Numbered from the stretch's first letter, positions 38,501-46,611 are shown. The stretch: DNA of 64,000 bases from an uncultured Gammaproteobacteria bacterium (GCA_964638415.1 CAZWYP010000006.1:2244-66243), one strand, 5' to 3'. A program made the numbers and translations. The notes: a model not told the origin generated them from the sequence alone.

Positions 38501-39616
38501 TTAATCTTGAATGCAGCGAACAGAGCCTGCATAAAAATCTCCAGAAATAGCACCTCGATAACGACCTACCGTAGCTAAAGCACTGCTAAAAGTCCGATAC
38601 CAAGCACTACTTAAGCCATATTTAGTAGAAGACCAAATCCAGCCTGTACCGTCTTGATACAAAAACATATATTCATAATTATCCCAAATTCCGCCTAAAA
38701 CATCATTAAATCCAGAGGAACCTCCTGCTTTTAATTTAGTGCCTTCATTGGTTCCTCGCCAACCAGTAGTAGTCGTGTCAATCGGAAAATCAGTAGTACA
38801 GCTGCCAGAAGTACAGACTGCTCTTTCTAAAGTAGTAAATTCATCATGAGTTGGAATATGCCAACCGGTTGGACAAATACCTTGAGCGCCATTAACTTCC
38901 GAGCCACACATCGCTTGTGGCCAGATGTAAATACCACCATCTGCTGTACAATTAGCTTCCGAATCATTATAGCAATACTTTTTAATAGCCGCTGCCGAAA
39001 CGCAACTGTAACCACCAGTACCCCCAGCTACCCTGGTGCCGACATTAAGATTCTGTGCAAACCAGCACTGCGTGCCAATCTGCACAGTTGCATAATTAAC
39101 CCCCTCGTAACTAACCGTATCACCACAAGCAAATCCACCACCACCTTCTTCTCCGGCACTAGCTGTATATTCATAACAATGTTCAACTACAAAACCGGCA
39201 TCGCTTACTCTGGTAATATAATAACCCGTATCATCACCCGTAGCATCAGGATCAATTGGCAATTCACCAATGTACGGCTCCATTAAAGAAGCTAGATCAA
39301 CTCTGGCAATATCCTGACCCAAAGTGGTGCAGGTAGCATTACCGGCAGTGGAACCCCCAGCAGAAACCAGCATATAAGGAGTATTAAGAGTTAAAGCGGC
39401 AATAGCTGCTGGCACTGTGCCATTATTATCTGCTACTAAGGTAGTTAAGCATTTTTCTAACTCATCACAATTCTTATCTCGTAAGGAGTTTTGTGCTTCG
39501 CCAAAACGTCGAGCTGGATCAACTGCAACAAAAACTACCGCCGCCAATACCCCAATAACGGCAATTACTAAAATGATTTCTATTAAAGTAAACCCTTTCT
39601 CTTTACTTAAAAACAT
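38501..39616 (-). CDS. type IV pilin-like protein with C-terminal Fib_succ_major (FISUMP) domain
   Basis: 371 aa. Class III signal plus N-methylation site KG/FTLIEIILVIAVIGVLAAV. C-terminal QCWFAQNLN...CPTGWHIPTHDEF...WSSTKYG...GSVRCIQD matches the TIGR02145 pattern. Confidence 0.7.
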   Translation of the reverse strand: MFLSKEKGFTLIEIILVIAVIGVLAAVVFVAVDPARRFGEAQNSLRDKNCDELEKCLTTLVADNNGTVPAAIAALTLNTPYMLVSAGGSTAGNATCTTLGQDIARVDLASLMEPYIGELPIDPDATGDDTGYYITRVSDAGFVVEHCYEYTASAGEEGGGGFACGDTVSYEGVNYATVQIGTQCWFAQNLNVGTRVAGGTGGYSCVSAAAIKKYCYNDSEANCTADGGIYIWPQAMCGSEVNGAQGICPTGWHIPTHDEFTTLERAVCTSGSCTTDFPIDTTTTGWRGTNEGTKLKAGGSSGFNDVLGGIWDNYEYMFLYQDGTGWIWSSTKYGLSSAWYRTFSSALATVGRYRGAISGDFYAGSVRCIQD

Positions 39617-39718
39617 GTAAAATTGTTGCTTATCAACATTTTTAAGTTAACTTTAGCATTATTTGTAAGTAATTATAACATTTTTAATCAAAAAATCCAA
39701 AAATAATATTAAGAGGAA

Positions 39719-39747
39719 TTGACAAAAAATATAATCCAGAGTATGCT
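39719..39747 (+). promoter_or_regulatory. putative promoter TTGACA-17-TATGCT
   Basis: Perfect -35 hexamer at 39719-39724. 17-nt spacer. The gene at 39791 is preceded by a strong SD GGAGG. Confidence 0.35.
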
Positions 39748-39790
39748 ATTGCTTAATTTGTTCATTACACCAATTTAATCGGAGGAATCC

Positions 39791-40225
39791 ATGACTAGTT
39801 TAGGCCAATTTACCTGCCTTAATCCCCACTGTCCTGATCACCAAAAACCAGAACAAGGAAACATAACTTTATACACCTTTTACAGCCGGAAGCGAGTCCG
39901 CTTGTTACTCTGCCGTACTTGCGGCAAAACCTTCAGTGAACTGAAAGGGACGCCATTCTGGGGCACTAGACTGGATTGGAATACAATCGTTATCATTTAC
40001 CGTGGACTATTGTCTGGTGGGACCATTCGCGGCACAGCTAGAGACTACAATTTCTCCAAAAATACCATCAAGCGCTACCTAGATCTGCTTAATGACAATT
40101 TTCCTGCTGTGGAGAAATTACTAATTGACCAGCAGGTGATCTTACCTGGACAGCAGCAAATGCTCCTAGATCTAAAAAAACGCTTTCCTAGAACTGTTAA
40201 ATTAGCAGGCAAAAAAGCTCACTAG
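39791..40225 (+). mobile_element. IS1 InsA-like / transposase N-terminal zinc-ribbon + HTH protein (orphan, no DDE domain)
   Basis: 144 aa. C-x4-C...C-x2-C zinc ribbon (CLNPHCPD...CRTCGKTF) followed by an HTH (GTIRGTARDYNFSKNTIKRYL), as in IS1 InsA and IS1595 N-termini. Higher GC and a strong SD, unlike native genes. No downstream transposase catalytic ORF. Confidence 0.5.
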
Positions 40226-40242
40226 AACAGTGCTAATGGAAA

Positions 40243-40284
40243 TAAAAAACCCTGAACCAATTTGGACAGGGTTTTCTTCTTTTA
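40243..40284. terminator. bidirectional rho-independent terminator
   Basis: Hairpin aaccctg...cagggtt flanked by an A-run and ttttcttctttt. Shared by the plus-strand IS-like gene and the minus-strand Cys-rich ORF. Confidence 0.55.
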
Positions 40285-40285
40285 T

Positions 40286-40423
40286 TTAAGAGCAGCAGTC
40301 GCATCCATCGGCACAATTACAGCCTTCGCCGGAACAATTGCAGTCATTTTTACCGCAATTGCAACCCATTGAATCGCTGCAAGTACATGGATCATTGCCG
40401 CAATTTGGACAAACATCTCCCAT
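40286..40423 (-). CDS. metallothionein-like cysteine-rich small protein (45 aa)
   Basis: Not in the ORF track because it is under 60 aa. Minus-strand ATG to TAA gives MGDVCPNCGNDPCTCSDSMGCNCGKNDCNCSGEGCNCADGCDCCS. It has 13 Cys in 45 residues, arranged as CxC/CC clusters with no aromatic residues. Terminator immediately downstream. Confidence 0.5.
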   Translation of the reverse strand: MGDVCPNCGNDPCTCSDSMGCNCGKNDCNCSGEGCNCADGCDCCS

Positions 40424-40454
40424 GATTTGCAAATTAATAATTAACTATTTGTTA

Positions 40455-41789
40455 TTATAGACTATTAATAATTTCCCGCAAGGGCTGCATTAAACTGGAA
40501 GAGAATTCTCTATCAGTAATAGCCGATGAGGCCACAATAGCGTTATGTGGTTTATGCTTATCTCTCTGATATTTCCTGGGATAATGCGCTTCAATAGCAC
40601 CATTAGGTAAAACAAAAATATGATTGAGTTTCAATTCTTCAATTAACTGATCTGCATTATTGCTCTTTGGTCTAATCTTTAAATAATTTAAAATATTATT
40701 CAGCTGCCAACCAACTGCATCCCTATCCATGACAATTAAAAATCTGATGTTGAAAATCTTGAGTAATTCAATAAACAGCATCATATTCCCTTTGCCGTGG
40801 GTTTGCACCACCTTTATCTCCTGATCACCGCCATAATAACGATCAATTAAGCCGCGTAATAGGATTCTATCCGATACTCCTTCCACCAAAACTACGGTAT
40901 CGGCAAAAAACATTTCCAAATTATCCGCATCTAATTCCTGGATTAAGCGCTGGCCAAAATAATGACGTTTGGTCAAAGACAAACCAAAAGCTTCCGTACT
41001 CTTTTCGCTTTTTACCACTCTAATTACCTGCGGCAAGGTAATAGCTTTAATAAATAATGGAGAATGGGTAGTGAAGAATATCTGAGCACCACTGCTATTC
41101 TGCATCGCCCACAATAATTTCTTGATTAAAATAGGATGCAAATGAGTTTCTGGTTCGTCAATAATCACCAATTGGTATTCTGGATGGAAGATATAAAGCA
41201 AGATGGTAAAAACCCGGCGGAAGCCGGAACCTAGACGATCTAAGGTGACTTTCCTATCTGCTTCCTGCAGACCAGTTGTCTCATAATTAATATCTAGGGC
41301 ATTCTTGCCAGTAACTATCTTGGGAAAATGTTTAGCTAGATTCTGCTGAAACTCAGCCAAACTCTCCGGATATTTTCGCAGACTCTGCCAATCTTTCTTA
41401 ATCTGATCTAAATTATGAAAATCATTAGAAGTAAGGTGCTTAACTGTCTTTGCTAAATAATTAGCTAATTTTCCTTGGTAAGGCAATACTTTATTGCCAA
41501 AAATTAACTGCCGTTGCTTATTTTTTAACTGTAATAGGCCTTGGCTTAAAGGTAAATTAAATTGTTTCTGCTCTTCTTTGCTAAAATTCAACGCAATTTC
41601 AATATCTGCCTTGGGATAATCTAAAGCCTCACTGGTATCTTTCTTATTAAAAGCATAATCTATAGCATAAAGAATATTACTTTTGCCACAGTTGTTCTGA
41701 CCGATCAAAATACTAATCGGTAAACCAGTCAGTAAAATAGGCTTCTTGATGCTTTTGTAATAATTTATTTTTAGCTTGGCAATGCGCAT
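40455..41789 (-). CDS. OLD-family ATP-dependent endonuclease (AAA_21-type ATPase + TOPRIM)
   Basis: 444 aa. Walker A LIGQNNCGKSNILYAI (P2 Old/GajA-like GxNxxGKSN). Walker B LVIIDEPETHLHP. H-loop FFTTHSP. TOPRIM motifs VVLVEGVSDRILL and LIVMDRDA. Confidence 0.65.
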   Translation of the reverse strand: MRIAKLKINYYKSIKKPILLTGLPISILIGQNNCGKSNILYAIDYAFNKKDTSEALDYPKADIEIALNFSKEEQKQFNLPLSQGLLQLKNKQRQLIFGNKVLPYQGKLANYLAKTVKHLTSNDFHNLDQIKKDWQSLRKYPESLAEFQQNLAKHFPKIVTGKNALDINYETTGLQEADRKVTLDRLGSGFRRVFTILLYIFHPEYQLVIIDEPETHLHPILIKKLLWAMQNSSGAQIFFTTHSPLFIKAITLPQVIRVVKSEKSTEAFGLSLTKRHYFGQRLIQELDADNLEMFFADTVVLVEGVSDRILLRGLIDRYYGGDQEIKVVQTHGKGNMMLFIELLKIFNIRFLIVMDRDAVGWQLNNILNYLKIRPKSNNADQLIEELKLNHIFVLPNGAIEAHYPRKYQRDKHKPHNAIVASSAITDREFSSSLMQPLREIINSL

Positions 41790-43123
41790 TATAGCAATTG
41801 GATATCCTCTATTTCCCTGACCTTGTTATGCAAAACAATATTTTCAATGTGATAAGTTCCCATTTTCGGAGCATCTAAATATCCTTGCATAGCAGCTTCT
41901 GCCAGCCAGCCGGAATTCAGCCAGTCAAACAACCACTCATTGACATATTTGACATCCGGGGCATCAATGCCCGCTCCCAGAGCCAATAACCAATCCCGGT
42001 TATAAAACTCCTGAGAACCTACCGGTGGAGTCATTAAAATAGGAATGCCCAAGCCGCTGTAAAAAGTAAGTTCCGAGGGCTTGGTCCACAGAATATCCGT
42101 TGCTCTTAAGGCTTTGTTGAATAATTTAAAATAGTTCTGCTTGTCTTCAGAAAAGATAATATCAATATTTCTACAATCATTAAGCCGGCAGTCTTTAATG
42201 GCCTTTTGGAAAAAAACATAAACATCATTTCTGGCACCCGCTACTAAATTTAAATGAATTTGCCCAGTCTTAATTTGTCTATGCAATAAATGGGCAATTT
42301 CTGCGCCAATCTCTCTTTGCGCGCCAGCTCCACCCACCGCAAAAGTAATAGTCAATGGACGATTAGGCTTTTTAATGTTGCGAATCGGGCAAAGATAGTC
42401 TTCTAATAATTTTGAGTACTTATGCCGGTAAATTCCTTTGGGATCCAGCATAGCCAAGCGATCTTTTAAATCGCTTTTTAAAATCTTCTGATCCAAGCCT
42501 CCAATGTTCTCCTTAGGCAAAGGAAAGCCAGTGACATAAATATTCTGGGCTTTCACGCCGTACAATAAAAGGCGTTCTCTCACCCGCTTATTGGGAGCTA
42601 AATAGATAATTCTGCTTCTTTTTGGCTCCATTGGCGCCCAGGCTCTGGCGACATCGGCATCGGTAACTACTAGATAAATCTTTTCCGGATAATTATTGTA
42701 TTCTGCTACATAGGCCGGAACAAAAAAAGTAGTCACCATAGGCAATGGTTTTTTGCGCAAAATGTCTATTAAATTCTTGCCCATGCCCCGCTTAATCTTG
42801 CGGTAAAAGAATTTAAGCTGGGAATAAGGCTTAGATAAATCGCGCCGAGGATAAAACGGCTCAATCCTCTGGAAATAGTCCATTAAACGAAAAACCCATG
42901 GGCCGATGATCGGCACATCCTTAAAACGTGAAATCAATTCGTACAAAGTCCGGCTTTCATTCCATTCATACTGCTCGCGGCGAGAAATTCCCTGGTAGAA
43001 ATTAGCATTGATTACCCCATTGGGGCTTGAGCCAGCTAAGGGATGAGCGGCTCGCTGATGGCCATAGCCCATATCCACGGCAACGACATACATTTTATTT
43101 TGTTTTGGTGTTGGCTTGTCCAT
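41789..43123 (-). CDS. GT-B glycosyltransferase, MGDG-synthase/UgtP-like (GT28)
   Basis: 444 aa. N-terminal MYVVAVDMGYGHQRAA (cf. UgtP ILTANYGNGHVQVAK). Mid-region FVPAYVAEY...YLVVTDADVARAW...NIYVTGFPL parallels UgtP. C-terminal GT28 motif GIPILMTPPVGSQEFYNRDWLLALGAG. Its stop overlaps the OLD gene's start (TAATG). Confidence 0.65.
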   Translation of the reverse strand: MDKPTPKQNKMYVVAVDMGYGHQRAAHPLAGSSPNGVINANFYQGISRREQYEWNESRTLYELISRFKDVPIIGPWVFRLMDYFQRIEPFYPRRDLSKPYSQLKFFYRKIKRGMGKNLIDILRKKPLPMVTTFFVPAYVAEYNNYPEKIYLVVTDADVARAWAPMEPKRSRIIYLAPNKRVRERLLLYGVKAQNIYVTGFPLPKENIGGLDQKILKSDLKDRLAMLDPKGIYRHKYSKLLEDYLCPIRNIKKPNRPLTITFAVGGAGAQREIGAEIAHLLHRQIKTGQIHLNLVAGARNDVYVFFQKAIKDCRLNDCRNIDIIFSEDKQNYFKLFNKALRATDILWTKPSELTFYSGLGIPILMTPPVGSQEFYNRDWLLALGAGIDAPDVKYVNEWLFDWLNSGWLAEAAMQGYLDAPKMGTYHIENIVLHNKVREIEDIQLL

Positions 43124-43257
43124 TATAACTAATATCGCAAGCTGATAATATTCTTGCCGGATTTTTTCCGATGCTTTTTCAAAGCTTGTTTGCGCTTCTT
43201 ATTCATCTTAAAAAATCTATTAACTAATTATATTAAGTATATTATAACACAAACTAG

Positions 43258-43431
43258 CTACTTCTTAGAAGTCAGGCGTAAATATATTCCTAATAGCAAA
43301 AGAAAATAAAACCAGTATTCTAAGTTAATAAATCGCTGCACTGAGCCGGATGATGATAATTCCCAGACTACTAATAGCAACCAAACTGCCAAAGCAATAA
43401 CAAATAATTCTTTAATCAGCTTTCTAATCAT
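43258..43431 (-). CDS. possible small membrane peptide (57 aa)
   Basis: Minus-strand ORF MIRKLIKELFVIALAVWLLLVVWELSSSGSVQRFINLEYWFYFLLLLGIYLRLTSKK. Its ATG overlaps the upstream gene's TGA (ATGA). One or two TM. No homology recognised. Confidence 0.25.
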   Translation of the reverse strand: MIRKLIKELFVIALAVWLLLVVWELSSSGSVQRFINLEYWFYFLLLLGIYLRLTSKK

Positions 43432-43925
43432 CGCTTAAGAATTAATTTTAAATCATTGAAAGTAATACTGCCGGGATCCATTAAATCCGGAAAAGAGAAG
43501 ATAATCTGCAGTTTATTATTATTAATAGCTGCTGAAGATAAGTCAAAGCCTGTTGTAAACTCTCCCTTAGCAAGTTCCTGCCATTGCCAGCTGCCGTCTG
43601 ACTGCTTAAGGCCAATATCTGCCCTAACGGGTGAAGAAATATTTCCCACTATCGACAGCTTGCTATAGCCATCGGGAATATAAGCCTGTAGATACAAGGG
43701 TTCAGCTAAAACTGCTAACTGCTTATTGGCTGGCAGAAAATTAGTGCGATTTAATGGATAAAGTCCAAAAACATCCCTAGTTAAACCGTCTTTAAAATCC
43801 ACTGAATAAGTAAGTTCTTGAGATAAAACAAAATTATTCTGCACTAAATAACCAAATAAGATTATTGAAATTAACAACAGAAAATATCGCCAACCTAAAA
43901 TAATTTTTTCCTGATTTAATAACAT
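43428..43925 (-). CDS. hypothetical secreted/membrane-anchored protein
   Basis: 165 aa. N-terminal signal anchor. No recognisable motif. Confidence 0.45.
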   Translation of the reverse strand: MLLNQEKIILGWRYFLLLISIILFGYLVQNNFVLSQELTYSVDFKDGLTRDVFGLYPLNRTNFLPANKQLAVLAEPLYLQAYIPDGYSKLSIVGNISSPVRADIGLKQSDGSWQWQELAKGEFTTGFDLSSAAINNNKLQIIFSFPDLMDPGSITFNDLKLILKR

Positions 43926-43970
43926 GGCTTTATTTTAACAAAAAAGGCGAATTATGTTAAACTATAGCCG

Positions 43971-46091
43971 ATGATTACTTTTGGTAAAATCCAGCATTTA
44001 GCTATTCAAAGCGGAACAATATTAGTCTTGGCAGCTAATTGGCAATGGTGGCATTCTCCGCTAGTCGGCATTTTGGCCGGTTTTTTTTATTTATTCTTCA
44101 ATAGCAAGAAATTAGGCGATATCTTTTTTGACAAAGCCCGACCCAGCTTTAAAAATATCTTGGGCTTATTGACTATTATTATCTACTTAAGCCTACTCTA
44201 TACCACTGCTTATCATTTCTACCAAATCAATGACTTAATTTTCTGGGTAGCTTTGCTTTCCATACCTTTAGCGGTAGAAATTATTTCTCGCAGCTTGAAC
44301 CGGGAGCATTATTATTTTACCGAATTGGATATCCCTAATATCCGCTTGGCTAATATTAAAAACTTAATCCTTCCTCTTATTATCCTAATTTTAGATGGTT
44401 TAACTTTCTGGCTGCTGTTTCGCCGAGCAACAGTGGAAGTTTTACGCTCCCCTTGGGAGATATTAGATGCTAAATTCTGGCTATTATTAATTGTCAGCAC
44501 AATCTTGCTGGTAATTTTTATTCTGCACAGCCAGCAAGCTAATAAGCCATTATTTCTAATGGCTGTCCACTTCCTATTATTCTCCAGCATTGCTTTAATC
44601 CTCTATCCTTTGGGCTTTGGCTATGATCCGTTTATCCACCAGGCTAATATGAAAATAATCGCCGAAACCGGAACTTTAAATCCTCGACTCTTCCTGTACA
44701 TCGGACAATATGGGCAGATATTCTTCTTAAGCGATTTATGGCAAATTTCTTTGAATACTATCAATAAGCTATTCATGCCTTTTGCTTTCAGCTTATTCTG
44801 GCCTTATACCCTTTATTACGGCCTGCGCTATGGCTTGAACTGGCCGCGCAGAATGAGCATGATCTGCATTTTAGCCAGCTTACTGGTTGGTTTTAATTTT
44901 GCCATCATGTCCACTCCGCAAAATCTGACTTTTCTGCTGTTTGCTATCTTCATTTTCCTGATTCCAGTTATTCGCAAGGGAAGCATCAGTCTTTATTTCG
45001 GATTAAGTTTAAGCTTAGCCGCTTTAACTATTCATCCTTTAGGCGGTATCCCCCTGCTTTATTCCGTAGTATTGCTGATGATAACCAAATCCGAATTTTC
45101 TAAGCTATGGAAAAGTATTTTATACTACTTATCTTTACTAGGTGCAGCTATTAGCTTACCCCTGCTGTTAGCGCTCTACCAGCGCTTAGCTGGCCGCTCT
45201 TGGCAAGCTATTCTAACTTGGCATCCTTGGCCACTAATTGATTTCCCGCCTTTACAATTCTACTCTGCTTATTCCTGGCCTTTGGACATGCTGCACAATC
45301 TTTGGGATAATCGCTTCTGGCTATTCTTCCTGCTACTTACTATTGGCCTGGTGTTGATTATTAAAAAAAACAAGGTTTTATTCTTCAAAAGGCATTTAAC
45401 TATTCTAGGTCTATTAATCTCTAATTATTTACTAGCGAGATTATTTATCTCCTTTGACACGCAAATCGCCTATGAGCAGACTGCCTATCTGTTGCGCATT
45501 ACTTATTTAATTAGCCTGACTGCTTTGCCAATAATCCTCACTGCTTTTTACTTCTGGTGGCGCCCCTATACGGAAAAAAATAATTTCACTTGGTACAAGC
45601 TCTGGCTAACTGTCCTCACCAGCTTATTATTATTCGTCAGCCTGTATTTCAGCTATCCAGTCTATGACCGCTATACCAACAGCAAAAGCTTCAATGTCAC
45701 CGCTGCTGATCTGGAAACTGTGACCACCATTGAACAGACTGCGGGCAACCAGCCGTATATTGTCCTAGCTAACCAAATGGTGGGAGCAGCCGCTATTAAC
45801 ACCTATGGCTTTGCCCATTATTACCCAGCGGGCAGCCATGATAATTTCTATTATTCCATGCCTTTGGGCATTGACAATATTTACCAAAACTTCCTTAATA
45901 TGATAGAAGCCAAAGCTGACCGAGCTGAAGCTTTAGCCGCGATGGATAAAGCTGAAGTAGACAGACTATATTTCGTGGTCAATAATTACTGGCATTCAGC
46001 TAAAACCGCCATTAGCCAAGCTAAGACAACTGCTGATGAATACTTTACTGTCAGCGGAGAAAAAAATTACGTTTTTGTCTATTACCGCTAA
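43971..46091 (+). CDS. hypothetical large polytopic membrane protein (possible GT-C-like)
   Basis: 706 aa with at least 14 TM followed by a C-terminal soluble domain of about 170 aa. No catalytic motif identified. Confidence 0.5.
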   Translation: MITFGKIQHLAIQSGTILVLAANWQWWHSPLVGILAGFFYLFFNSKKLGDIFFDKARPSFKNILGLLTIIIYLSLLYTTAYHFYQINDLIFWVALLSIPLAVEIISRSLNREHYYFTELDIPNIRLANIKNLILPLIILILDGLTFWLLFRRATVEVLRSPWEILDAKFWLLLIVSTILLVIFILHSQQANKPLFLMAVHFLLFSSIALILYPLGFGYDPFIHQANMKIIAETGTLNPRLFLYIGQYGQIFFLSDLWQISLNTINKLFMPFAFSLFWPYTLYYGLRYGLNWPRRMSMICILASLLVGFNFAIMSTPQNLTFLLFAIFIFLIPVIRKGSISLYFGLSLSLAALTIHPLGGIPLLYSVVLLMITKSEFSKLWKSILYYLSLLGAAISLPLLLALYQRLAGRSWQAILTWHPWPLIDFPPLQFYSAYSWPLDMLHNLWDNRFWLFFLLLTIGLVLIIKKNKVLFFKRHLTILGLLISNYLLARLFISFDTQIAYEQTAYLLRITYLISLTALPIILTAFYFWWRPYTEKNNFTWYKLWLTVLTSLLLFVSLYFSYPVYDRYTNSKSFNVTAADLETVTTIEQTAGNQPYIVLANQMVGAAAINTYGFAHYYPAGSHDNFYYSMPLGIDNIYQNFLNMIEAKADRAEALAAMDKAEVDRLYFVVNNYWHSAKTAISQAKTTADEYFTVSGEKNYVFVYYR

Positions 46092-46092
46092 A

Positions 46093-46131
46093 CAAAAAAA
46101 ATAACCCTGCACTTAGTGCAGGGTTATTTAA
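46093..46131. terminator. bidirectional rho-independent terminator
   Basis: Perfect hairpin aaccctgcac tta gtgcagggtt with an A8 run upstream and a T-rich stretch downstream. Sits between convergent genes. Confidence 0.6.
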
Positions 46132-46141
46132 TTTAACAGAA

Positions 46142-46423
46142 TTACAATACGGCTTCTTTAGCAGCCTTAGCAATGCGGAATTTGCAAACAGTCTTGGCTG
46201 GAATAGTAATCGTAGCGCCAGTGGCTGGATTGCGTCCCTGTCGGGCCTTGCGGTGCATTTTAACTAACTTACCAATGCCAGGCACGGTAAATTCACCATT
46301 TGATTTGACTTCTTTGTAAGCCAATTCAGTCATGAAGTCCAAAACAGTTTGGACATCCTTCTTGCTCAAACCTGACTTTTCAGCCAAGGTAGAGAGCACT
46401 TGAGTTTTGCTCATTTTAGCCAT
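46142..46423 (-). CDS. hup: DNA-binding protein HU
   Basis: 93 aa. HU/IHF signature GFGKF-like arm (NPATGATITIPAKTVCKFR). Confidence 0.9.
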   Translation of the reverse strand: MAKMSKTQVLSTLAEKSGLSKKDVQTVLDFMTELAYKEVKSNGEFTVPGIGKLVKMHRKARQGRNPATGATITIPAKTVCKFRIAKAAKEAVL

Positions 46424-46611
46424 ATTTTTGACTTTTTAGTTAATTAATTATTTATTTTATCTAACTTCACTACTGCTAATTTATCTTGTGGATAAGTCAG
46501 AGTATGGAAATTACTTAGGAATATTAGCATATTTTAAAAAGTTTGTGAATATTTAACCAATGTTTTCGGGGTTTTTTAATACATAGATAAAAAAATATGT
46601 CAAATGTTTAA

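Noticed and set aside
43129-43206. 25-aa highly basic minus-strand mini-ORF (MNKKRKQALKKHRKKSGKNIISLRY) 5 nt upstream of the GT-B gene.
   Set aside because: It is too short and low-complexity to support as a gene. A Lys/Arg-rich frame is expected by chance in A-rich sequence. It is noted as a possible leader peptide only.
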